Of a stretch of DNA of 64,000 nucleotides, positions 1 through 14,150 are shown piece after piece (position 1 is the first letter of the stretch; each line of letters begins with the position of its first letter). The notes beneath the pieces were generated by a model that saw only the letters and a list, made by a program, of their open reading frames with translations, made no database searches and had not been told where the DNA came from. Both the position numbers and the translations under genes were made by a program. Source of the DNA: the human T2T-CHM13v2.0 reference genome, Homo sapiens. The stretch is from NCBI RefSeq assembly GCF_009914755.1, contig NC_060927.1. One strand, given 5' to 3'.

Positions 1-829
1 TTTATTTTGCAGTAATGGAAACTCCAGCCATCTGAGCAGAATTCATATGAAGTCTACATGCCAAAGAAATAGAATTTTGCATTTATTTTCTGTTTTCTAC
101 TTCCACTTGGAAAGTATCTTTTTCCCCCTAGAAACACATTTAAAAGGGTATAAAAGGGGCTTTCTGTTTGGGGCCAGAACCAGAAAAGGAAAGACAATGG
201 AGAAAAAAAATATTAGCTCAGCTTTTCCGGACTTGAAATAATGTGTGATTTTTGCAGTTTCTCCAACTTTTGAGACTAGGTCTGGTAGAATGCTTAATTC
301 TTTCAGCTGGCGAATCACCTTTCCTCTATGGGGATATTAATGCCCAGTTAAAATTTCTCCATACGAATAAGGAAAAAAACATTTGAATACAGCAGAGCTG
401 TGACTAGATTGATAAATAAAATCATTCTGTCCCTACCCCATTAATTCTCCCTTTCACCGTTTGGAGGTCCTGTGGGCTGAAGCAGTACATCATTTAAATA
501 GTACCTTCAGGTGTTTCACTGAGACCTAATTAAAATTGATGTTGTCATCTGGTGTTTCCTTGTGCAATTTGTCTAGCTCCATGCAAATTGCAAAACAGAG
601 CTCTTGATTAGGACTTTGTCCTTCTTCAAGAAACTGCCCAAGATTTCCTTTAGGTGCTCCAGAAAACGATTTGGCCAGTTGGGAAAAAAAACTTAAGAGT
701 CACTGCGTTCACTGATTTCCTTGGCAAGATATCCAAGTGGTCCTTTTGAATGGATCAGCTGTGACAAGTAAGGCAGTATCCCCCAAGACTTTCCATTCCA
801 TAATTGAATTAAAAAAAAAAATTCTTACG

Positions 830-1100
830 ATTATTTGTTCTCACAAAATATACGTATCAGTCTCATACTATGTACCTTGGAAATAAGGCTATGTATAGGC
901 AACAAGACCCCATCCTTTGGTGGAGCTCAGACTAGCAGGAAGACAGACATCAACTAGTAATTAACAATAACACATAATGAAGGCATCAGGAAGAAGGAAC
1001 TGGCGCTGTGTATTTAACGTAGGGGTCAGGAAGGCCACTTCCCTGAGGAAAGGAAATCAAGACACCTCCAGAAGGATACCGACTGGAGATGAGGCTGGAG
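830..1100 (-). mobile_element. L2 LINE 3' fragment (ancient)
   Basis: Decayed antisense L2 pattern (cacaaaatatacgtat...ctatgtacc...ggagctcagactagcaggaagacagac...gtcaggaaggccacttccctgagga). Boundaries approximate. Confidence 0.6.
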
Positions 1101-1494
1101 AGGGTACCACCCTCTCCAGATATGTGCTGTATATCATCAGAATAACAGAGCTAGACATTTGCTTTCTATCCTTCATGCTTTTGTTCAAGTTTTCCCTTTA
1201 TATTTACAAACTAAAGACCAATTTCTCCTCATAGAAGACTATTAATAAGTTTGTAGCTATGGTCCTTTCTTTTGTGTTTCTTTAGAAAACAATGATTTAA
1301 AAATAAAAGCTACCATTTATTAAATGTTCACATTGTGTCAAGCCCATTGAATTCTCACAAATGTTTTCATTTCATCAACTTTTGAAAGAAACTGGAGTTC
1401 AGAAGTTTTACTCAACTAGGCAGTGGCCTAGCTAGGAATCAAAGCCAGATCTGAGACATTGAAGTGTCCAATTTTTACCAGTTTACTGGGGTTT

Positions 1495-1705
1495 TCTTCA
1501 ATGTTCACATCTACAAACCACTTCATCAAAACGATGAGGGGAGTGTTTGTTAAAAAGACAGAGTTCCAGCCCCGCTCCGTGCAACACCCCACCCCCCACC
1601 CCCTGCAGCTGTTTTGAGTCTGAATCTCTGAGGATGTGGACGGAGAATTTGCAGTTCAACAAGTTCCCCAGGGGCTTCCCATGCATTTGAGAATCAGCAC
1701 ACTGC
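1495..1705. mobile_element. MER5-type (hAT-Charlie) MITE relic
   Basis: tttgttaaaaagacagagttccagcccc...tctgaatctctgagg...aacaagttccccagg...tttgagaatca resembles MER5A/B. Confidence 0.5.
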
Positions 1706-3230
1706 ACACAGCTATGCACTTGTAAGACCGGGGTGTGGAGAGACAGACCACTGCTAAGGCAGTTTACTGTACTCTTGTCCACGATCTTGGATTGTTCTCT
1801 TGGCCATTTGATGAAATACTACAATGCAGAATGGTTATGATTTTCAAACTGCAAATAGTTTAGCCCCACATTTTGGCAAGATATCTAGGCAGAGCTCACA
1901 GAAGAGCTGCTTATTCAGGCTTCAGCCAAGCTGTGAAAAGTGAGGCCTTTTGAGAGGAAGTGAGATAAGACAAAAACTTAAAAAAACAAACATTCTGAGG
2001 CCGGTGTTTAAAAGGCCACTGGCAAAATCTATAGCCTAACTAGAAGTGAGCTAAACAAACACATTACTGGGCCATCCAGGAAACATGAAGCAGCTGCCTG
2101 GAAGTGGGATGTGTGTTTTCAACCTGGGTAGAAATATCCCGGGGAGTGATGATATGGAATCGGACACAAAGTTCACATCAAAACAACAATGGAGATTTGC
2201 AACGGGCAGTGCATCCAGGATGGACAGGAGATGTTCCAGTCAAGTGGTTCAGAGCAAGTTCAGGGTAGGAGGGAGACCTGTGTCCAATCTCACTTAAACT
2301 TATATGCCTTCATTTGTGCCTCCTCGTGGAATTATCTCATGGCCGCTATTTGAAAAAGAAATGGCAGTGGAGACCTACTGGCTAGGGCCAAAGCTTCATA
2401 GCTTTTGAATAACGAAAAAATTGTGGTGCTGCCTACTCTTTCCCGTTACATAATATAAGATAAAAACAATACCAATTCAGCAACATTCCAAGTTTTCCTC
2501 TGAGACTCATTCAATGCTTTTTTAGAAATGCAAACTATCAATTTCTTGAAGAAAAAAAAAAGGATTTTGTGTGCTTGGCTAGTGCCCTCCACACAAGATT
2601 AATTCAGTGAGATAGTGTTCAGTAAAGTGCTTAGCAAACTCCCTGGCACAGAGGAGGCACTCATGCATTGCTAGTTATTATTATTTTTAATAATAGCAAC
2701 ATATGTTGGCAATTAAATTTACTGTGGTTTCCTTCCCTTTAAAAGGACGTTAAAGGTCCCCTTCTATGGATGCATTTTTGCTAGTGTTCTACTATTTGGT
2801 ATTGTTTGAACCTGGCTCTGCAGTAGTGCAAGTTGCCCTTAACTTTCCATATAGGCCTCTGTCCTCAAATTCAGATTCGAATTCTCTGGTACAGTTTCCT
2901 ACAGAGCTCTTTCTTTCCCACATTTCCCTGTTGCATCATGACATTTAATTAGTTATCATTTTTGCTTGCTTTTAATTAAAGAAACACTGTGCTCCTCTTG
3001 GAATCATTCACTGAATGCCATCTGAACTCTTGACATTTATTTAGAAACTTGCATTTTGCAAGGTTTTTGTAACATGAATATTTGATGATTAGAGTAATTC
3101 AAGGCCCTCTGTAAACAGAAGCTCATACCTCTTCTTTCCAAGTAGAAACCATACTGAAGGACTTGCAATAATGTAGAACTTCCTATCATCCCTGATGATG
3201 CACCAGCCTTTCCGACTCCATTATCTAGAG

Positions 3231-3424
3231 CTGTGGTTCTCGATCAGAGGCAACTTTGTCTCTCAGGGGACATACACAATGTTTGATTTCCACGATTGGG
3301 AGGTAGAGGTAGGTAGAAGCCAGGGATGCTGCTAAACCTCCAAAAATGCACAGGATAGTCTCTCACAACAAAATTCGCTGAACCGAAATGTCAATGGTGA
3401 TAGTGCTGAAGTTGAGAAACTCAT
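3231..3424 (+). mobile_element. MER20 (hAT-Charlie MITE)
   Basis: ctgtggttctc...caggggacat...gccagggatgctgctaaac...tgcacaggatag...aaatgtcaat...gttgagaaac follows the order of the MER20 consensus. Confidence 0.85.
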
Positions 3425-3499
3425 GTCTGAATTGCCTCTTAACCCCATGATCAAATATGTCTGTTTCTTGGGATTGTAAGCATGCTAAAAGAAAAAGCT

Positions 3500-3807
<308 letters not shown>

Positions 3808-5184
3808 CTAAAAAATTAATTTAGATTTTAACAGGGTACACCAATAGCTTTCTAAAGCAAAGTGCTATCTACTTTGTAAAATCAAATGTAAAACATGGTC
3901 CATTTACAATACAAATGATATCTTTTATACATATAAGGTATTTTATAGCATGCAAAAACAGTCACATATCACATTAAAGAATTATACCTGGCATCATAAC
4001 CATTTTATAGAAAGAAAATTATTTTTACCTATTGCATCCCTTGAAATGGCTTTTCAACTTGTAACACCTTAATTATTGAGGAGTCACCCACAAATCTGTC
4101 ATGTGTCAAGTATTCTAGAAGGAAATAAAGGCAGGGTGTAGGCTACTCATGTGTCTCTCACTGGTCATGAGTGAATGAGTGAAATTTCCCAGGAGGAAAT
4201 GGAATTTTAGGGACTGACTTGCAAGTAGTAAATTATATGGTATGTGTCACAATTGTGCCACATGCCTGATTTATAAACATCCATATTTTTGAAGAGCAAA
4301 TAATTAATTAGAAGTGATTTTCTTTCCTGAATTACCTTGTTTTATAGAAACTCATACTGAGGGGGTGATGGTCATGAAAATTCCCAGCCTCTGATCTATT
4401 CTTTGTATGGCTTTTACTGTGCTGTGATCCATAGAGCATAACTTGAAAATTTAGTAAAGAAAAGATCAGGGAAATCAGATGCTGAGCTGTTGTTCAGGTC
4501 CCCTTGGCAAACTAAAAATATATGAATATAAATGTGTCAAGTTCATTAGACACTCAAAGGGCTCCCTTTGATTCTGGTAATGCCTTAAGGGCAGAAATCA
4601 CTGAGAGAGAATCAGGCCAGAGACAAGCCTTCAGAAGAGTCTTTGCTGAATGTGAAATGAGTTCTTGTCTCATTCAGGACTGGCATTGAACACATTACTT
4701 TTTGAACCCTGGCTTTAGGAGGAGGCAGGCTTGGGATAAAATGTCAGTTTGACCTCTTGCTAGTTATCGGAAATTGTTGAAGTTACAGAATGATGCTGCT
4801 CCCCCATCTGCTAAGTAGAGATGATACTTCTTGGGGCAGCAATGAAGACTAAAGTTGTGATGTAATAGGCTTAGCATGGAATTTGAAATCCTTCTCAAAG
4901 GGGTTGTGAAGTTCTGATTTATGGTCTTTCTTGCTGGTATGATCTCTTTTTGTGATACTTCTTCAGTGAACATATATATTCACTCTTCCCTGAGACCAAT
5001 GCCACTGTCCTCAATCGGACCCTTGACAAGTTTTACAAACCTCCTGTGAATGTGATCAAACCCTACCTGTACTTACAAGCCTTCAAAGACTCTCACTTTT
5101 CTAAAAAAGCATCTTCCTTTGCCTGCCCCATTCAATGTTGGGGCTCCCTCTCTCTCACACTCCCTGTTGCTGTACTTCAGCAAA

Positions 5185-5660
5185 GATAGTATACATCAGT
5201 GTTCATAGCAGTCCATTCACAACAGCCAAAAGGTGGAGACAACCCAAATGTCCATCAACAAGTGAATGGATATACAAAATGTGGTATATTCATCCAATGG
5301 CATATTGTTCAGCCTTAAATGAAATTGTACACATGCTACAGAATGGAAGAACCTTGGAAATATTATGCCAAGGGAAACAAGCCAGCCACAAAAAAACTAA
5401 TATTGCAGGATTCCACTTAAAGGTGGTACTTAGAATAGGCAAATTCATAGAGACGGAAAGTGGTTACCAGGAGCTGGGATGGGAGGAAGGGGAAAGGGAG
5501 AGTTATTACTAACGGGTACAGAGTTTCAGTTTGGGATAATGTAAGAATTCTGGAGATAGATAGTGGTGATGGTTGTATAACTATGCAAATGTACTATGCC
5601 ACTGAACTGTACACTTAAAAATGGTTAAATAGTAAATTTTATGTATATTGTTCCACAGTA
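5185..5660 (+). mobile_element. Old L1 (L1MB/MC-type) 3' end
   Basis: gttcatagcag...aaaggtggagacaacccaaatgtccatcaac...ggcaaattcatagagac...ggtgatggttg...ctgaactgtacacttaaaaatggttaa. ORF 5135-5512 carries ORF2 C-terminal QPKCPS/KMWYI remnants. Confidence 0.9.
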
Positions 5661-5824
5661 ACTATTTTTCATTTTCTAAAAAAAAATTGTTTAAAATTAT
5701 GCTTAAACATAATTTTATTGAATATCATATACCAAATATTAAACTCATTTATATAAGTTAATGCTTACATTAATTAATTTAAAGATTTTTAAAACTCTTG
5801 GAAGTCAGTGATATTGTCATTACC

Positions 5825-6210
5825 AGTAAGGAAACTGAGGCCTTTAGAGGTTAAATAAGCCCAAGGTCACACAGCCAGGAAGTAGCAGAGCTGAAATTGA
5901 AACCCAGGTATCAAGTTCCAAATTCTTAATCACCATGTTTACTCCTGTACCTAGTTTCTGTGTATTGACAATTGTCATATTTTGAATCTCTAGCCCAGAT
6001 CTTAGAACAATGATGAGAATATTGATGCTTGATGAACATTATTTTGAGTCTCTTAAAAAATTGGGAAGGAGTTCCTATGATCCTGATTTAAAGACGAGAA
6101 CTATGAAGCACAGGGAGGTTAAATAACTTATTCAAGTTCATCCATCCATGGCAGAGCCAGGATTTAAACCCAAGGCAGTCGAATTTAAAGCTATATCCTT
6201 AATGTAACTG
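5825..6210 (-). mobile_element. Two MIR SINE fragments
   Basis: gaaactgaggcc...gaggttaaataa...ccaaggtcacacagc...gcagagctgaaattgaaacccagg, and a second copy at ~6100-6180. Confidence 0.7.
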
Positions 6211-6603
6211 TCTCCAGTAGCACATAAGTACCTTATCATAAGACAAATTTTTCCCCCCACATTTTTAAGTTTCTGAACTGGGGATCCATCTAACAATGTA
6301 TTCCTAGTTCAGTGTTTTCTCTGCACTTTAGTTTGATGAATGGTATCTGCAGAACTCAGGAAGTAAAGAATGCAGCAGATGAACAGGATCAGTTTGTTAG
6401 AATGTGATCTGCCTTACGATGACCAAAAACTAGCCCTTAGGTACAGATCTAAATAAAAGAATCAGGAACTCGGGTGAGTTGTGTGCAGGAAAGAATTTTC
6501 TAGCAGCCCTCACTGAGACACCCCTGAGGTCTGGAAACCTTGGCTATCCAAGAACAGACTTGGAGAATATGCCTATGTGATTTTAGAAAGTTTAAGCCAT
6601 TCT

Positions 6604-7288
6604 GGCAATCATTAAAAAGTCAGGAAACAACAGATGCTGGACAGGATGTGGAGAAATAGGAACACTTTTACACTGTTGGTGGGACTGTAAACTAGTTCAA
6701 CCATTGTGGAAGACAGTGTGGCGATTCCTCAAGGATCTAGAACTAGAAATACCATTTGACCCAGCCATCCCATTACTGGGTATATACGCAAGGGATTATA
6801 AATCATGCTGCTATAAAGACACATGCACACATATGTTTACTGCGGCACTATTCACAATAGCAAAGACTTGGAACCAACCCAAATGTCCATCAGTGATAGA
6901 CTGGATTAAGAAAATGTGGCACATATACACCATGGAGTACTATGCAGCCATAAAAAAGGATGAGTTCATGTTCTTTGTAGGGACGTGGATGAAGCTGGAA
7001 ACCATCACTCTGAGCAAACTATCACAAGGACAGCAAACGAAACACTGCATGTTCTCACTCATAGGTGGGAATTGAACAATGAGAACACTTGGAGACAGGG
7101 TGGGGAACATCACACAATGGGGCCTGTCATGGGGTGGGGGGAGGGGAGAGAGATAGCATTAGGAGATACACCTAATGTAAATGATGAGTTAACGGGTGCA
7201 GCACACCAACATGACGCATGTATACATATGTAACAAACCTGCACATTATGCGCATGTACCCTAGAACTTAAAGCAAAATTAAAAAAAA
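6604..7288 (+). mobile_element. 5'-truncated L1PA element (ORF2 C-terminus + 3'UTR + poly(A)) with TSD
   Basis: ORF 6704-7075 (WKTVWRFLKDLELEIPFDPAIPLLGIY...SLIGGN) is the L1 ORF2 C-terminus. 17-bp TSD aaagtttaagccattct (6587-6603) / aaagtttaagccgttct (7289-7305). Confidence 0.97.
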
Positions 7289-8039
7289 AAAGTTTAAGCC
7301 GTTCTATTTACATTTTGGTGACCCCTATTATAGCCTCCTTTTTCTATGGCATGTGCTTCTTTCCCTTCTCAGGGGCAATCTCTGCCTCTATTACTAAGAG
7401 CTGAGACCCTCTGTGGCCCCTGGTTCTTTTCATGGGTAGCACCACCTTGCCTCAATTCACACTGTTGCTTATTTGCCAGTTCTACAGTTGCCCTCAGCGA
7501 CTGCAGAAAGTAGGACTGAACATCTTGGAGTTCAAACACAACAAAAGCTCTAAATCCATGACCCCCATAAAGATCCTAAGAGATGCTGTGGAATGCAAAC
7601 TCCATCAGTGAATCAAATCTGTTGTGTTCTGAAAGAGTTATCTAACAACCATGAATCATCAGGCATCATAACTGAGAGGTGGGCCAATTTTCCTGCTGTA
7701 AAACCAACTTTTCATAAAAATAGGCATTCTTTATGTCATGGGCAGAATTAAATGACCTGAATGCAAACATGCAACAAAAGGAAGAAGGGCTAAGACATTT
7801 TACCACTGATTTTTCTTTCTTGGAGAATGTCTTGCATGTTCCCAAATTTAGATCTGGAGAATTTACTTGTAATAATAATTAGACATTACCATGACTACAG
7901 CAATGTTTAAAAATTGCTAGTAGCAAAAGAAGTCACTTCCCAAGGAAAGATTTTTGTGGAGAAAATAGATGTAATTTCTCAAGGTATACAAAATAATATA
8001 TGGCTACCTTAAAATATCCTAAAACCTTTCCAATTATTA

Positions 8040-8408
<369 letters not shown>

Positions 8409-8425
8409 TTACAGTTTGAACTGAC

Positions 8426-9250
<825 letters not shown>

Positions 9251-9524
9251 TATAGGGTGAACACACTTTTATCCTTCTCCTTGACAAATCTGAAAAATTA
9301 AATTGAGAGTTCTGTAAAGTGGCACTGAATTACATGGCTGACTGCTGAGGCTTCTAGAGGATTAGCCATACTTGACTAAATTAGCATTTGGGATTATGTC
9401 AGCATGGGAACTCAGAAAGTAAAAGCCAGTGAGGTGGGGCTTTGATTCCTGTGTTCTAAGTGCTTTTTAATTTTGGTGTAAAAAAAAGACAAATGGCTAA
9501 CATTGCCCACATTTAACTCAATAT

Positions 9525-9597
9525 CACACACACACACGAGCACACACACACAGAGATACACTGTCTCTCTCTCTCTTTCTCTCCCTTTCTCTCTCTG
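9525..9597. repeat. Compound (CA)n / (CT)n microsatellite
   Basis: cacacacacacacgagcacacacaca followed by tctctctctctctttctctccctttctctctct. Confidence 0.9.
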
Positions 9598-11099
9598 TCA
9601 AGTTCCCAAGTTTCTATGCTCATTTTCTAGGTGAGACAGCAAAAATTCAGAGCAAATAAGCCCACCAAACAGCAATTTCTTTTTTTTTCTTTTGGAAACA
9701 AAAAACCCCACCAATTTCTCAACCTCTAGGGAGAACTTTATCAAAGTTATTTGCTGTGGCTACCTATTAAATGATACCAAGATCTTTGAAGATTATCTGT
9801 TTCAGAGATATGTGAAATATATGTGTCATGCCTAGCATTTTGATTACATCTTTCCCTTAAAGGCCACTAAAGATTCTGTAGTTTAGTTAAGGCTTCAAAT
9901 TTAAAGTGATCAACAAAAGTACAGATTAAGTGACTCATCTAAGGTGATGCAGATGGAAAATGAAAGACTGAGAAGTGAACGCAAGGGGATTTTAAAGTTC
10001 CTTTTCCTGAGTTATTTTTTATCCCTAAGTTCTGTCTTCTGTCCTTTTTATTTCCTCATTCTGCTCCCCTTAGCTTATTTTGTCCATACAGTGTTTGGCT
10101 CAAAATAGATGCTCAAAAAATATTTATCACTCAATAAAAGAAAACCTCAAACCACAGATACCATGGGCAATAAATCAATTTCCTGTTGAAGATAGTATTT
10201 GCCTTAGAAGACATTGTAGCTATTTAAAAGCAAAAGTGCTGATTGGCATCACTTTAAATTCATGGCTACAGATCTCAAATACATGTTCAACCAGTGCCTG
10301 GCAATTCTACTGTTCAGGGCTTCCAATTCCCTACTTTCTCCAAAACAGTTCACAAATAAACATTAGAAATTTCATGGACATCTTTGGTGGACAAATACTA
10401 AAATAAAACAAAGTTTGGCCCACTACAGCTTTTAAAATGTCTGCTTGTGATGGAGCATATCCACAAACAGTGGAATATGTAAAAGCCAGTCAAAAATCTC
10501 CACCGGAGCTTTAAAATGAACAGCTCCTAAGCCCCCACATGCTGCCATTTGAAAAAATAGATGTCATGCTTTCCTTTCTTTTCAGATATTCCATGAGCAT
10601 AAACAGAAAAATCAGAATCTCATTACACTTGTTACTCTCTGCCTTCTCCATTCAATCTCATGTCATGGAAACAGAAAAGAGACTCAGGCAGGTATACCTC
10701 CTAATATCCTTGCTGGAGGAGCTCACTGCCATGGCAACCTCATGCACCACATGTCACATGGGAACACTTGCAAAATCTCAGAAGTTCTGCACGTTGCTAT
10801 AATTGCAGATCTAGGCACTTTGGATACTCTGTCTCTGACAATCGTCAGAGATTGAAGCCAAAGTAACGGCCTTCCAGCTTACCTGAGTATACTTTCCTGA
10901 GAAAGCTTAATGGGATTCATGCTATACAGTCAGATTCATACAGTATTTCACTTTCATGACAGCTTTGACAGAGGTCCAAATGAGTACATCCAATGACAAA
11001 GGAACAGATACATAAATACATCTCACTTTTGCTCCTCTGCCTTGCAGTACTTCAGCTGTTGCAGTCACCCATTATGTCAGTTCCCTACCTGCATCGTAT

Positions 11100-11655
11100 T
11101 TTTTCAACCATCTTTTCCTTCGAATACAGTGCGAGCACTACGGCTGGAGTGATATTTTTAAAATGTGAATTTGACTGTGTCATCTCTGTGATTAAGACTC
11201 TCCAGGATCATTCCACTCTCTGGAACTCCTTGGCCCCTGCTTTCCTCTCCACCACTGTCCCAGTATGTTCTAGCCTCCAGTTATCCCAAGCTCTTCCCTG
11301 TCCTAGAGTCTTCATGTGAGCAGCCTCCCAGCCTGAGAAATGTCACCCCTGACTCATTCTGCATCTGTCTCCATTCAAATTGTGCCTCTGCAGACACGTC
11401 TCCCTTGAGGACTTTATCTACATAGGTCTCTCCTTTCATTCTTCATTGATGTACTCCAATTACTTTTTTCATAGCAACTGTCTCAGTTTGCAAATACTTA
11501 ATTAGGAATAATTGTGCTGACTTATATATTTCATCTTCTGTCCACTCAAAGACTATAAGTCTATGTTTATTTCACCCCCCAATGTAGAACAAATGTCTAA
11601 CTGTGCCTGACGTGTAGTAAGCACAATAGATGTTGGCTAAATAAGTGAATGTATA
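11100..11655 (+). mobile_element. L2 LINE 3' region
   Basis: gagtgatatttttaaaatgtgaatttgactgtgtcatctct...gtgcctgacgtgtagtaagcacaatagatgttggctaaataagtgaatg (L2 3' tail). Confidence 0.75.
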
Positions 11656-12749
11656 TCATTAAAGAAAGAGGATAACAGCATTAAAGGGACAAATTTGCCT
11701 AAGAGACCAAATTTAAGCTTTCTGCCCAGCAATTATATATACTCAATTAGCCCTCTTTATCTTTGTCTGCTCTGCCTTCTTGCCCCTTAACAAATTTGGT
11801 ATTTATAGGAACTCAGGGATTTTCAACATGGTAAGACCCAAGGAAACCCCAAATTGGTCCACTGCTTGTTTCATGCCCAGATTTTTGACCCCTGCATATT
11901 TTAAGAAAAATCTAACTTTGATTCATTTACAGTTAGTTAAACTATTTCATCTAATTGCCTCATTTTTTTTTTTGTAAATCAAAACCTTCTTTCACTGACA
12001 CAGGAAGTCATATTTTGTCAAAACTAGATGAACATGAACCCAGAGAGACTTGAATTCTATTGTAACCTCAAAAACCACAAAAATGGAAGGAATTTGGGAA
12101 GTCAAATGTGTCCCTGTGCCTTGTCTATAGGGTCTAACATTTTGTTCATCTTGTGAAGATTTGTGTGTTTCCAGTTTCACCCCTGCCATAGTTCTTGGTA
12201 CAGGCATGTGATATGATGGGGAGATTCCCACTTTAGAAGGCAGTTTTCACAGTAACCCCCTTTAGCCTTTGAGTTTCTAATGTAACCTTTGAAAACAGCT
12301 GGTCCAAATTCCATCTTGTCCCAGACCCACACAGACCTCCTCTGCATTATGTTCAATTCGAAGACAAAGGAAGTTCAGGGAGGAACACTGAGCAAGATGT
12401 GATTTGGCCAAATAATTATAGCTACTTTGCAAGCAGCCACCCGGAATGCAGATTTTATTAGCTTTTATTTTACTTATTTTTTAGAAAAGCCTTTTAAATG
12501 ACTTATACATCTATATACATTTATACTTTTTTTTTTCAAAGCTGAGATGGAAGGCTTAACCCTCCTGCATACTGTCTGACCCATGAAAATAAACCCTTGA
12601 CATTTATGAATGATACCTCCTCATGACCAATTAATCCCCATACACAAAGACTACTACAGTCCTTAATTCTCCTCAATGAAGTATAACATTTAATTAAATA
12701 ATTTGCCTGACAGCTTCTAACTTTGAAGGAGAATTGTATATAAGCAATA

Positions 12750-13200
12750 TAACGTAAGAGAAAAGAAATCTAGCTCTAAATCTGGAGTCAGACAACCTTA
12801 GGTTTAGATCTCAGCTCTTTCAGCTATAAATTATTGACCTCAGTTTTCTCATCTGAAAAGCAGAGCTAAGTAATAGAAATGTACACTTCAGAGTTACTTT
12901 GAGGCTCAAATATTTTAAAGGCAGGTAAAATACTTAGTAGAGTCCCTGGCATAGTCCCACATTTGAAAGCTATGAGAAAGATATTTCCATGCACTCCTAG
13001 TAGGAATACAAATTGGTATAACCACTTTGGGAAATGGTACAAAAATATTGATGGAATTTTAAAGCTTGTGTATTTCAAGACCTAGCAAGTCCACTTCTGT
13101 TTTTACTATTTACACCAGAGAAACATTTGCACCCAAGAAGACGTATACAAAATACTCAGAACAATGTGTTTTGTAATAGTGAGAGACTGGAAACACCCAA
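12750..13200 (+). mobile_element. MIR fragment (12750-12960) followed by old L1ME-type fragment
   Basis: ctggagtcagacaaccttaggtttagatctcagctc...cctcagttttctcatctgaaaa (MIR), then aaattggtataaccactttgggaa...gacctagcaagtccacttct...gactggaaacacccaa (L1). Confidence 0.65.
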
Positions 13201-13219
13201 AGAGTTCTTTCGCTTTTAA

Positions 13220-13592
13220 GTAGGAGAGGCTAATTCCTGTAAGAAATGCCCTTACGTATTTCAACAGGTTAACAATTTGAAGTGGAGATTCACGGGTAGC
13301 CTTCAATGTGGTGATTCAGTGACCCAGCTTTCTGTGGCTCTGCTCTTCCTAGGAACTTGGAAACTTCTGCTAGATCCTTTCATCTAGTTAGCACATGGAG
13401 GACGAGAAAGGATGTGGAAAATTTCATGAAGTTTCAACAGATTGGGCCTGGGAGTGCCATATATCACTTCTGTCCACAGCCCATTGGCTAGAACACACTA
13501 ATTTAGTCATAGTTAATCATGATGTAGTCTAAACGCAAGTTCAGGGACATAGGGAACCAGGGCTTTGATGAACAACATCTCAGTTCTGACAC
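13220..13592 (-). mobile_element. MLT1 (MaLR) LTR, old K/L-like
   Basis: gggcctgggagtgccatatatcacttctgtccacagcccattggctagaac...tttgatgaacaacatctcagttctgacaca. Confidence 0.6.
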
Positions 13593-13682
13593 AAATACAA
13601 GATTAAAATAATGAGATAGGTCTATGTTTACTAGCAAATGGGCCTTCCAGGACATATTCTGTGAAAAACTAAGCAGGTGACA

Positions 13683-14150
13683 TGTCATAGGATGGTTTCC
13701 TGGGAAGCAGACTATGAGATGGAAGTTACGGTTCTGGAGGTACGTTAGGAAAATTCTTGGCATCAGCATCTAAGGAAGCAGGATTGGGCAAAGGGAGAAG
13801 CTGAGTTATGATGTGGGCTCCACAGCAACCTCAGCCACCCCACAGGCAGCTCTGAGGCTAGGAAGATCTTTCTGAGTTAACCCAGTTTTGGCCAACATGG
13901 CAAGACATTTATAGTCTTACAATGAGCTTGCATGAGAACTAGTACATTGGTACCAAATGGAACTGGATCAGCCACTGACCATTGCCTGTCTCTGCAGGGG
14001 TGAGCCTGAGGGTGAGGGGGCTATTGTGGCAGAGGTGGTCCAAGAAGGGGCTGAGAGACGCAGACAGTCTGCTGGAAGTGCTCCCTGATGAGGCAATGAG
14101 TCCTTCACTGAAGGGAGATTTGGGCAACGCGTAACAGTGTCACCCCACAC
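13683..14150 (-). mobile_element. LTR16-family ERVL solo LTR
   Basis: Termini tgtcataggatggtttcctgggaagcagactatgaga ... gaagggagatttgggcaacgcgtaacagtgtcaccccaca match the reverse complement of LTR16 ends. Confidence 0.7.

Noticed and set aside
5692-5717. 26-bp near-palindrome taaaattatgcttaaacataatttta
   Set aside because: Imperfect and in very AT-rich, low-complexity sequence next to an L1 tail, so chance is plausible.
7130-7150. G-quadruplex-like G runs (also 1586-1604 minus, 19382-19399)
   Set aside because: The standard L1 3'UTR polypurine tract or G runs inside repeats. Nothing locus-specific.
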